From the NCBI GenBank assembly GCA_045613945.1, contig JAZLBZ010000017.1, forward strand, positions 41,703 to 105,702: DNA of 64,000 bases, written 5' to 3'. This DNA comes from Bacteroidaceae bacterium. GTDB lineage: Bacteria; Bacteroidota; Bacteroidia; Bacteroidales; Bacteroidaceae. This document shows, piece after piece, positions 8,657-16,639 of this stretch. The notes under the pieces were generated by a model. The model was given only the letters and a program-made list of their open reading frames with translations. It did no database searches and had not been told where the DNA came from. A program made the position numbers and the translations under genes. Numbering within the stretch: position 1 is the stretch's first letter; each line of letters starts with the position of its first letter.

Positions 8657-9007
8657 TTAGTTTGCTATCAGTGCTACTAATGCTGCCAGGCCAACTACTG
8701 CTGCTACTGCGCCTACTGGATTGACTTCGTTCACAACCTTTACATTAACCTGTGGATTTGGACGGGGCTTGGGCTGCTTTACAATTGCAGGCTTTGGCTG
8801 TTTTTTGTTGTCCTTGAACTTCTTGTCTTTCTTGTCGTTCTTCTTGTTGTCTTTTTTGTCATCCTTGAACTTCTCGTCTTTCTTGTCTTTTTTGTTGTCT
8901 ACTCTGTTTTCAACTTTTGGCTTGGCATTGTTGTTGTTCTTTGCCATCATCTGTGCAGGCATAAGCATCATGCTCATCATCACTGCAAAAATCATCATCT
9001 TTTTCAT
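8657..9007 (-). CDS. Small Lys-rich protein with signal peptide and C-terminal hydrophobic helix (paralog B)
   Basis: MKKMMIFAVMMSMMLMPAQMMAKNNNN..., KKDKKDEKFKDDKKDNKKNDKKDKK, PKPRPNP, and the terminal AVAAVVGLAALVALIAN. The 5' 70 nt or so is nearly identical to paralog A. Confidence 0.6.
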   Translation of the reverse strand: MKKMMIFAVMMSMMLMPAQMMAKNNNNAKPKVENRVDNKKDKKDEKFKDDKKDNKKNDKKDKKFKDNKKQPKPAIVKQPKPRPNPQVNVKVVNEVNPVGAVAAVVGLAALVALIAN

Positions 9008-9092
9008 AGCTTTTAATTTTAAATGTTAAACCTGTTTTTCTTTCTGAAACTTCTATCGTTTGTTTCTATCGCAAAGGTAATGGCATAAAATA

Positions 9093-9129
9093 CCCCCTGC
9101 AATTGATTATTCCTAATCGTTGCAGGGGG
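9093..9129. terminator. Strong hairpin
   Basis: ccccctgcaa ... ttgcaggggg forms a 10-bp perfect stem. It lies between the repeat array and the small-protein genes. Confidence 0.4.
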
Positions 9130-9174
9130 TTGTCCTATTATTAGTAGGAAAATTCCCTATCTGTTATTAATCCA

Positions 9175-9491
9175 TTAAAAAGGTGATAGCTGTGTTATAC
9201 GCCAAAGTGCAAATCCTCATTTACGCTTTGTAAACTCCGGTGTTGCACTTTGTCGCAAGCCTTGCTCTCCCACTTTTTAATGAATTAATAGTTTTGTTAT
9301 TGTATCTACTGTGTTACGCTTGTTGTTTTGTAACAGTCATTTACGTCAAAGTAAACTCCTGTTCCAAAAAAACAACCAAGCCTTGTATCTGCACTTTTTA
9401 TAGAAACAATTTTTTTTATGGCTCCCACTTTTTAATGAATTAATAAAGGTGTGACAGCTGTGTTATACGCCAAAGTGCAAATCCTCATTTA
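9175..9491. repeat. Head-to-tail array (about 2.3 units) of a MITE/REP-like element of about 105-150 nt
   Basis: Unit 1 (9175-9280) has inverted termini ttaaaaagg / cactttttaa. The blocks ctgtgtta(ta)cgc, catttacg..gtaaactcc and caagccttg recur. The 35-nt string gctgtgttatacgccaaagtgcaaatcctcattta is repeated at 9190 and 9457. Confidence 0.7.
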
Positions 9492-11135
9492 TGCTTCAAT
9501 GCGTACCTTCAGGGTGGGGTACTTCTTTAGTATTGCATATCCCAACATCTCGGGCTCGTTTGCTTCGCCTTTGATAATGAGGTCGCCGTTCTCCTCCGAT
9601 ACATAAAGTACATTTCCAAAGTATTTTGGATGTTTGGGGTCGGTGCCCACAAGTTCGTGCATAATCTTGTTTACCGGTGCATAAATGCCGAACTCATTAT
9701 CCAATGACATGGTGGCGTGTTGCTCTATCAAGGCTTTAAGTTCGCCGGTGGCATCTCCCTTAATGGTGTATTTGAAAGCGGTAGGTGTGTCCTCGTACTC
9801 CGGGTATTGCTTTTCGTCATCGAGCGGATTGTCGTCGGTTATCTCTGCAATGTCGTAATACTTCTTTGCCTTTGCTTTATCAATGAAGCGCCCGAATCGC
9901 TCACAACCCCAGCGGTAGATGTCGCCAAGTTTCTCGCACATCCACTTTATTTCATCGTCTATATCGCCATGAGTGACGGAGTATTCTCTGCAGTCAAGCA
10001 TCTTGTGCAGGATTATGGTGTAGTCAACATCTGTGAACTCCAATAACTCTATTGTGTTTCTGTGCATATTATTCCATTCCCTGTCATACTCGCTGTTGTA
10101 GAGTTTTGCAAACAGTTCGGCTTCCTTGTCGGCGCCCATCTCGAACAACGGTGTGTCGCGCAGTTCCAAGCGTGTAATCAACACCTCTTCTTTGGTCTCT
10201 TCGTCAACGAATGTCTCAGGCATTGTGTGGAAACTGTTGTACATTCCCCATAGAAGAATTTCATAGTAGAGTGTGCGGTACTTGTCATCGGCCTGCTCAA
10301 GCCACTCTTTGTCCTCGGGCTTGAAATATTGCATGAAACCGATGGCATTCTCGGCATAGGAAATTATATAACCAACAGTAGTGCATTGAGATGGGTTTTT
10401 CCTCACCTCTTCGAGTATTTGTGCAAAGCAGGCATCTGCATCCTTTATGACATCAAAGATGGTGGCTTTCCCCTCAAGAACACCATATACGCACTCATCG
10501 CCAAGGATCATTATTGTTCTGTCGGCCTTAATCCATTCGCCTTCACCGTCCTTCATTATGCAGTATTCGCTGATGAAAGGCACGTTGTCTTTTGACTCGA
10601 ACTTGTAGCATACAATTTCTGCCTGCGGCAATTGCTTGCTTAGTTGCTGTAAAGTGCTGTGGCACTTTGCCTCCTCGCTTTTGCGGTCATACTCCCAGCG
10701 CAATGAACATTCCGTTTCGCTGTGTGAAACCGTGAATCCTTGCTTTTCAATGTAACCGATGTTTGAGAGCAACTCCTTGAAATGTTCACCCTCGCAGTGT
10801 ATGTTCATGTACCAGGGTTCAAAATACACGAGCACACCGTTTTTTGAAACCTTCTCCCACTGCTGGCAGGGACCGTCGCCGCTACCAAAGAAATTCAGTT
10901 TCAACTCGGGGAAGTTTGCCACAACCTTATTGATGAATTCATTGAACCTCTCTGCATTGTCGGGGTCTACAGTGCCATAGCAGAAGCCCAACTCAAAGAA
11001 TGCAAGATCGCCATAGCTATCTTCACCGGCCAATTCGAACTTGTATATATTGTTCAATTCCTTTGCGTACGCATTGATTCTTTCGGCATCATTTTCATTG
11101 CTGGCTCTTAAACTTAAATTCCAAAAAACTCCCAT
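9489..11135 (-). CDS. Hypothetical acidic cytoplasmic protein (548 aa)
   Basis: Long ORF with ATG start, no signal peptide or TM segment, rich in E/D/W/Y/C. I recognised no family. Confidence 0.6.
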   Translation of the reverse strand: MGVFWNLSLRASNENDAERINAYAKELNNIYKFELAGEDSYGDLAFFELGFCYGTVDPDNAERFNEFINKVVANFPELKLNFFGSGDGPCQQWEKVSKNGVLVYFEPWYMNIHCEGEHFKELLSNIGYIEKQGFTVSHSETECSLRWEYDRKSEEAKCHSTLQQLSKQLPQAEIVCYKFESKDNVPFISEYCIMKDGEGEWIKADRTIMILGDECVYGVLEGKATIFDVIKDADACFAQILEEVRKNPSQCTTVGYIISYAENAIGFMQYFKPEDKEWLEQADDKYRTLYYEILLWGMYNSFHTMPETFVDEETKEEVLITRLELRDTPLFEMGADKEAELFAKLYNSEYDREWNNMHRNTIELLEFTDVDYTIILHKMLDCREYSVTHGDIDDEIKWMCEKLGDIYRWGCERFGRFIDKAKAKKYYDIAEITDDNPLDDEKQYPEYEDTPTAFKYTIKGDATGELKALIEQHATMSLDNEFGIYAPVNKIMHELVGTDPKHPKYFGNVLYVSEENGDLIIKGEANEPEMLGYAILKKYPTLKVRIEA

Positions 11136-11251
11136 AGTGTGATATTCTGTTATTTTATTGCTAAATTAGTGATTTCCTGTAACAAATCAAATGAAAAGGG
11201 ATACTTCTATTGAAATATCCCCTCATAAGGTGTGTATGGCACTTGCGGTTC

Positions 11252-11581
11252 TCAATCCCATTGTGCCTCCCAATCAAGGATGTTTTCCCACACTTCGAGC
11301 AATGCATCCTCCACGTTGTGCAGCGACTGCACGCCCAGACTGTTTATGGGCAATCGCTCGCCCTCTTTGTTGCATACATGCCATTCGTCGTTTGCCTTTA
11401 CAACACTCATGCATAGTTTGCCCGGCACCATTTCCTCAATCTCATATCCACAGGTGTTTATCACCTTTGTTCCTTCAAAACTGTCGGGTATGTGCATTTG
11501 GTTGTCTATTTGCTTTTTCCAGATACTGTTGCACAGATCATTAACGCCGGTAACTGTAGTAGGACTGTTATTGTTTTTCAT
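11252..11581 (-). CDS. Hypothetical small acidic protein (about 109 aa)
   Basis: ORF with ATG at 11581 (the track start at 11593 is GTG). Cys- and Trp-containing, with an acidic C-terminus ...VEDALLEVWENILDWEAQWD. Confidence 0.5.
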   Translation of the reverse strand: MKNNNSPTTVTGVNDLCNSIWKKQIDNQMHIPDSFEGTKVINTCGYEIEEMVPGKLCMSVVKANDEWHVCNKEGERLPINSLGVQSLHNVEDALLEVWENILDWEAQWD

Positions 11582-11606
11582 TTTCTTATACACTTTAACA
11601 TGTGGT

Positions 11607-11632
11607 TTTCGCGCCCGGTTGGGCGCAGAAAA
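11607..11632. terminator. GC-rich hairpin after the 143-aa gene
   Basis: ttttcgcgccc-ggtt-gggcgcagaaaa. It is adjacent to the stop at 11638. Confidence 0.35.
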
Positions 11633-11637
11633 CTTGT

Positions 11638-12069
11638 TTATTTGATTTTGTTAGCCTTTTTCTCCAGGAACTCCCCAAGTGCCATGCCGCAGTCGGCGGT
11701 TTGGGCGAATTCCTGTTTTTTCTCGTTCCATTCGCCCTCGACTTTTCTGCCCAAAAGTTCCTGTTTTTCCTCTTCGCTCATTTCGCTCATTTCGCTTAAC
11801 CTGCGGCCGCGGCTAATGAAAGATTTGGCGTCGAGCATATATTTGTTTATGCCAATTGTGATGAAGCAGATCTCGTCGCCGGTTTTGGGGTTGGTGAGGA
11901 CTTTGCTTTTGTAGTCCTTGAGGTCAAATTTATCCCTGTTGCTGAATGTGACTTCGTTGCCGTTGCGCTGCTTGAGCTGGAAGAACCACCATTTGTCATA
12001 GGCTGCTGTGCGCTTGCCGGCAGGTTTGTCAATGAGGTAGTTGTGGTTGAAGTCGAATGTCTTTGCCAT
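11638..12069 (-). CDS. Hypothetical protein (143 aa) with Lys/Glu-rich C-terminal tail
   Basis: ATG start, clean ORF, no signal peptide. I recognised no family. Confidence 0.5.
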   Translation of the reverse strand: MAKTFDFNHNYLIDKPAGKRTAAYDKWWFFQLKQRNGNEVTFSNRDKFDLKDYKSKVLTNPKTGDEICFITIGINKYMLDAKSFISRGRRLSEMSEMSEEEKQELLGRKVEGEWNEKKQEFAQTADCGMALGEFLEKKANKIK

Positions 12070-12300
12070 AATAGTGATGTTTTTGAATTACACATATAAT
12101 ATGGAAACAGAGAGGCCAAATTTCAAAAACAGATCATTTGTTTAAGATATTTTAACAAAAACTGCACGCACCTCATAGTGAGATGTGTGATGACCGTCAG
12201 GGTAGTGTATATACTATCAGATTTCCACTACAAAAGTACCACCTGACGATGTCGCCTGTTTACCTTTTAAAGGAACGCATTCATCTGTGGAACAGTCTCT

Positions 12301-14142
12301 TTATATCTCTACAAAATTTCCGTAAAGCTTTTTAGGGAGGCAAGAGTAGCATCCTTCGCTAATTATTGCCTTCACATTCTTGTAGTAGTCGCTTGCGCCG
12401 GCAGGCACCTTTATAACCTTTGGCGAAGTTTCATCGCCCCAGAAGGCACAATCTCCAAGTTCCTTTATCTTTTCCGGAAGTGTAATTTCCTTCAGTGGGC
12501 AGTCATTAAAGGCATTGACTCCAAGTGATGAAACATTGGGTATGACAACATTGGTGAGTGCAGTCCTGCAAAAAGCTCCTTTACCAATCTTCTTTAGCCC
12601 CTTGGGCAAGACAATATTTGCGAGTGCACTATTTTCAAAAAAAGCCCAACTGTTAATGGTCTTTACCCCTTTACCTATAGTGACATCTGTAAGTTCACGG
12701 CAGCCGGTGAAAGCGTAACTTCCAATAATTTCTACACTGTCTGGGATATTTACCTTGGTAAGATGGAGGCAACTCTTGAAAGTGTACTCAGCAATACTCG
12801 TTATACTATCAGGTATATCTATTTCGGTAAGGCCGCATTCAGCGAAAGCCCGTTCCTCGATATTAGTTACACTGTGTGGGATGACAATGCTTTTGAGTTG
12901 TTTGGCATCCCAGAAGGCACCACTTCCAATCACAGTCACGCTGTCGGGAATAATCGTTGTGCAGCATCCATACAACAATTTGTTGGTTGCAGTCTCAATG
13001 ATGGCATTACATCCTTCGCGTGAGTCGTAGCGAGGATGCCCCTCGGCAACGGCAAGACTTTTGAGTGCATAACATTCAAGGAACATTCCCATTGATATTT
13101 CTGTCACACTCTTGGGCAATACAAAACTCTCTAAGTTGTGGCATTCATAAAAGGCTCTATACCCAATGGTCTTGACACCTTCTGCTACAGTAATGCTTTT
13201 CAGCGAATCGCAATGAAGGAAAGCCTCTGCACCAATCTCGGTAACACCCTCCTCTATGGTAACACTTGTGAGCTCACGGCAGAATTCAAAGGCATTCTCG
13301 CCAATGGTCTTCACATTACCTGGAATTGTTATTTCTATAATGTGGCTCTGCTTGAATGCACTTTGTTCAATGGTTGTAACACTGTCGGGAATCTCTATTT
13401 TTGTAAGCTTGCTATCCATGAAGGCATAATCTCCAATAGTTGTTACGCTGTTGGGGATAACCGTTGTACTGCATGTGTATAACAGTTTGTTGGTTGCGGT
13501 CTCAATGATGGCATTGCATCCTTCGCGTGAGTCAAAGGCCGGATTACCTTCGGCAATGATTATGCTCTCGTAGTCGCAGGTGTAATAAGAAGATAATCCT
13601 ATTTTAGTTACGCTCGTTGGAATGGTAATGCTCTTGAGCGCCGGGCAAGAATCGATGCCATACAAGTCTGTGGCACCTTCCTCTATGACTATACTCTCAA
13701 GGCTGGTACAGCCGGAGAAAATTCCGTTGCCGGTAGTCTTTAGACTCAAAGTTTTAGGGAAGGTGAGGCCGGTTATCTTGCTGCAACCTTTGAAAGCGTA
13801 ATTGCCAATACGTGTCAAGCCTTCAGGGAGAACAAAATCTGTAAGGTTATTGCATCCCTCAAAAGCGTTTTCACCAATCTTCTTAAGGCCTTTTTCCATT
13901 GTAAGACTTACAAGTGCAGTACAATTTGCAAACGCACCTTTGTCAATTGTGTTCACACCCTTGGGGATTGCCACACTCACAAGCCCTGTGCAACCTGCAA
14001 ATGCCTCCTCACCAATCTTCTTAACACCTTTGGGAAAGGCGATGCTGGTAAGTTCGGTACACCCTTTGAACGCCTCGTTCTCAATTTCTTTCACTCCGGC
14101 AGGGATAATTCCCACGCCGTCCTTTATCTCATATTTTGCCAT
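12301..14142 (-). CDS. Leucine-rich-repeat protein (LRR_5 / BspA-like repeats), no signal peptide
   Basis: More than 20 repeats of the pattern v.IP.sVt.Ig..AF..C..L. The first ATG is at 14142 (the track start at 14151 is TTG). It has an internal super-repeat of about 170 aa (DSREGCNAIIETATNKLLY occurs twice). Confidence 0.8.
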   Translation of the reverse strand: MAKYEIKDGVGIIPAGVKEIENEAFKGCTELTSIAFPKGVKKIGEEAFAGCTGLVSVAIPKGVNTIDKGAFANCTALVSLTMEKGLKKIGENAFEGCNNLTDFVLPEGLTRIGNYAFKGCSKITGLTFPKTLSLKTTGNGIFSGCTSLESIVIEEGATDLYGIDSCPALKSITIPTSVTKIGLSSYYTCDYESIIIAEGNPAFDSREGCNAIIETATNKLLYTCSTTVIPNSVTTIGDYAFMDSKLTKIEIPDSVTTIEQSAFKQSHIIEITIPGNVKTIGENAFEFCRELTSVTIEEGVTEIGAEAFLHCDSLKSITVAEGVKTIGYRAFYECHNLESFVLPKSVTEISMGMFLECYALKSLAVAEGHPRYDSREGCNAIIETATNKLLYGCCTTIIPDSVTVIGSGAFWDAKQLKSIVIPHSVTNIEERAFAECGLTEIDIPDSITSIAEYTFKSCLHLTKVNIPDSVEIIGSYAFTGCRELTDVTIGKGVKTINSWAFFENSALANIVLPKGLKKIGKGAFCRTALTNVVIPNVSSLGVNAFNDCPLKEITLPEKIKELGDCAFWGDETSPKVIKVPAGASDYYKNVKAIISEGCYSCLPKKLYGNFVEI

Positions 14143-14161
14143 AAAAGTCAAGTACGATTAC

Positions 14162-14503
14162 CTACACATCGCGAGGTTTATATGCGCTTGTAATCTCTCT
14201 ATTCAATTCAAATTCGCGCGCTTGAATTGCGGCAGTTCCATCGGGAATGATAAGAACTCTGTCCTCGTTTTCATCATCATTCCAATCCTCATCTTCATCG
14301 TCTTAGTTGAATGAATTGAGCATTGTCCAATTTCCGTCTTCATCTACCTCTTGGAGTGAAAGGGTATATCCAAACGAATCCTCTCTGTCTGTTATGTCCC
14401 ACGCACAGGTGCCTCGGCAAGTCCCATTTCTGCTGCCTTCTGATACCATTCTACTGCCTTCTTGTTGTTCTTTTTCTTGCCGGTTATGAGACAAGCGCTC
14501 CAC
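14162..14503 (-). pseudogene. Mosaic of decayed gene fragments (Sel1-like motif out of frame; acidic linker plus LRR-type first repeat after an in-frame stop)
   Basis: The track ORF 14303-14503 starts at GTG and ends at a TAA. The same frame then continues as DDEDEDWNDDENEDRVLIIPDGTAAIQAREF.... A shifted frame reads GKKKNNKKAVEWYQKAAEMGLAEA, a Sel1 consensus. Confidence 0.5.
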
Positions 14504-15691
14504 TTAAATTCCTGCTAGGATACCTATTCTTTCGCCATACACGTATGGATTGAAAAAGTCGACAAAGAAAGTATCAATTACGCAGAATACCATTACTGCA
14601 AAACTCCAGTTCTTGAGATAGATGTAGAGTATCTCACTCCACTTGAAATTCTTGAATTTCAAGCATCTGTAACTACCGTCGCTGTCCCATCTGCTATAAC
14701 TACTGTCTATTTGGATCATCTTCCTGTTGTCTATGAAATCGTATCGGCCGGTTGGTATCAATGGAATGTACAATATGCTCAAGAAACTATATGTGGTTCT
14801 ATTGTTGATGCGACCGAACAATACATTTCCTACGCCAAATATGCTTGTGAATGATTCACGAATCCACTGATCCTGGAACTGGGTAAGATCCCTGTACTCA
14901 TTGTCTGATATCAAAGGGTAATAGAGGTATTTGCTAAGGAAATAGACCACTGCTGCCACGCAGAACACTGTGAAACGGGTGCTGCCCCAGTAACCGTTCT
15001 GCACTCCAAACAGAATGACTGCAGCAATGAGGCTATAGCCAATGATGTTGTTGGTAATGCTCCAGGCTGCCTGTATCTTACGTGTGCGGCGCTCTTTTTT
15101 GTTTTCTTCTTGTATTGCGGGGTCTTCAGATGGTGCAGAAACTTCTTTTTGGGGTTTAGAAGTTCTTTTTTTCTTCTTCTTTTTCTTCTCAGGATGTTCC
15201 TCCAGGTATTCACGGAGTTCCTTCAGGTCCTCAATGGCTTGCTTGTGTCCCTGCTCGGCAGCTTTGCTGTACCATTTCTCGGCCTCTTCAAAATCCTCTC
15301 CAACATCTTCGCCTGCCTCGTAAATGCAGCCAAGATAGTGCTGTGCTTCGGGGTCTCCCTGCTCGGCAGCCATCCTAAACCATTTGGCTGCCTGTGCGTA
15401 ATCCTGAAGAAGATAGTTGCGTATGCCACACTCGAACTGCGCCTTGCAATGTCCGGCATTGGCTGCCTTGTGCCACCACTTGCCGGCCAATTCAGGGCTG
15501 CTCTTTACGCCATACCCGCCAAAATAGCAGTCGCCAAGTTTGTAGCAGGCCTCGATGTGCTCAAGGTCTGCTGCTTTTTTGTAATATGTTACGGCCTTCT
15601 TAAGGTCCTTTTCCTTGCCGTTACGCCCGTTGTAGTAGTCCTCGGCAGTCTCATAGTATGCAACTGCCTTATCATTTGTGTTTGTTGCCAT
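14504..15691 (-). CDS. Sel1-repeat (TPR-like) protein fused through a poly-Lys linker to a C-terminal multi-pass membrane domain
   Basis: The N-terminus has about 4 Sel1 units (KAVTYYKKAADLEH.., AGKWWHKAANAGH.., AAKWFRMAAEQGDPEAQ.., AEKWYSKAAEQGH..). These are followed by EKKKKKKKRT and then about 4 hydrophobic helices. Confidence 0.75.
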   Translation of the reverse strand: MATNTNDKAVAYYETAEDYYNGRNGKEKDLKKAVTYYKKAADLEHIEACYKLGDCYFGGYGVKSSPELAGKWWHKAANAGHCKAQFECGIRNYLLQDYAQAAKWFRMAAEQGDPEAQHYLGCIYEAGEDVGEDFEEAEKWYSKAAEQGHKQAIEDLKELREYLEEHPEKKKKKKKRTSKPQKEVSAPSEDPAIQEENKKERRTRKIQAAWSITNNIIGYSLIAAVILFGVQNGYWGSTRFTVFCVAAVVYFLSKYLYYPLISDNEYRDLTQFQDQWIRESFTSIFGVGNVLFGRINNRTTYSFLSILYIPLIPTGRYDFIDNRKMIQIDSSYSRWDSDGSYRCLKFKNFKWSEILYIYLKNWSFAVMVFCVIDTFFVDFFNPYVYGERIGILAGI

Positions 15692-15996
15692 CGTAATGCT
15701 TTTGTTTTAGTTTTTCTAATGTTTAAAAGTATATTATATCTCTTCCCAGCCTTTCTTTATGTTGTCGGCAATTTCGGCGGCTAGTATCTCACGAATCTGC
15801 TCCTCGCTGCTGCTGAATGCCATGTGGCGCTTTATCATCTCCTTGCGTGATGAACTATAGTCGGTATGATATCTTTTTTTTTATCAGTTGCTGCAAGTGT
15901 TCTCTTTAACACCTTTGCACTTATTTACAAAGTAAAATAAAAGAAAGCCAATAACTATATTTCGCATGTTAATAAGTGTTAATGCGATTTTGTGGG

Positions 15997-16554
15997 TTAC
16001 TTAATTAGCGCCTCTATAAAGCATTTCTTGTAGGCAGCGGCTTTCATCCCGGTCATGTTATATATGTAGTCAAGTATGCAATCGTTGGTCTCGCAATTCA
16101 AGTGGAACTGCTCTCTTACAGCGTCCAATGCCTTGCCAATTGCCTTGTCGGCGCTGTGAAGAAGGGCGTCGCTAAATGTTGCTTCGGCATTGCCATCGAA
16201 TATGTAGGGGTTCTTTACCGAGTTGTACTTTAAATTGGGGTGCTTCATTCTCCATGCCTCCTTTATGCCTGCGTGGCAGTAGATGAATGAAGGCACACCG
16301 GCAAGGCCGGCAAACTTGGCTATTGTCTTTGCTGGCTTGTTGAATATGATGTATGTGTGTGCGGCGTCATCAGAAGTCGCTATGTGGCAGTGATTCTTCT
16401 TTATGATATCTGCAAGGTTCCCCTCACCGCAATCGCACAATACTGCAATGCTCATTATGTTGCTGTACATCCTGTCGCCGATGACCAGTTTGCTGCTGAT
16501 GTCCAATGTCATTTTATTGTTACTTGAGATTTCCCTTTTGTGTAGCCATTCCAT
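15997..16554 (-). CDS. Hypothetical Cys/His-rich protein (185 aa; alternative ATG at 16512)
   Basis: ATG start. Motifs CDCGEG, HCH and YCHAG. No TM segment or signal peptide. Third gene after the AAA+ ATPase on the same strand. Confidence 0.5.
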   Translation of the reverse strand: MEWLHKREISSNNKMTLDISSKLVIGDRMYSNIMSIAVLCDCGEGNLADIIKKNHCHIATSDDAAHTYIIFNKPAKTIAKFAGLAGVPSFIYCHAGIKEAWRMKHPNLKYNSVKNPYIFDGNAEATFSDALLHSADKAIGKALDAVREQFHLNCETNDCILDYIYNMTGMKAAAYKKCFIEALIK

Positions 16555-16639
16555 TACTCTCCTTAATACCCGAATATTTTATCTACCAATCTTTAGTTCT
16601 ATAATTATTTATTGCTTTTTTTTGTATTATTGCAGGCCA

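Noticed and set aside
9175-9491. Possible CRISPR array.
   Set aside because: The repeat units are about 105-150 nt, directly abutting and mutually diverged, with no short unique spacers. No cas genes are in the window.
12301-14142. Diversity-generating retroelement or template/variable-repeat relationship for the LRR super-repeat and for the 205-aa module shared by the two T9SS proteins.
   Set aside because: There is no reverse transcriptase in the window. Differences between copies are spread over all four bases and include indels, not adenine-specific substitutions.
15734-15838. 35-aa ORF on the minus strand (MIKRHMAFSSSEEQIREILAAEIADNIKKGWEEI), preceded by a T9 run.
   Set aside because: It is too short and is without a recognisable family. 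It could be the C-terminal remnant of a lost gene (an antitoxin-like helical tail), but I cannot support a call. I note it only as further debris in the island.
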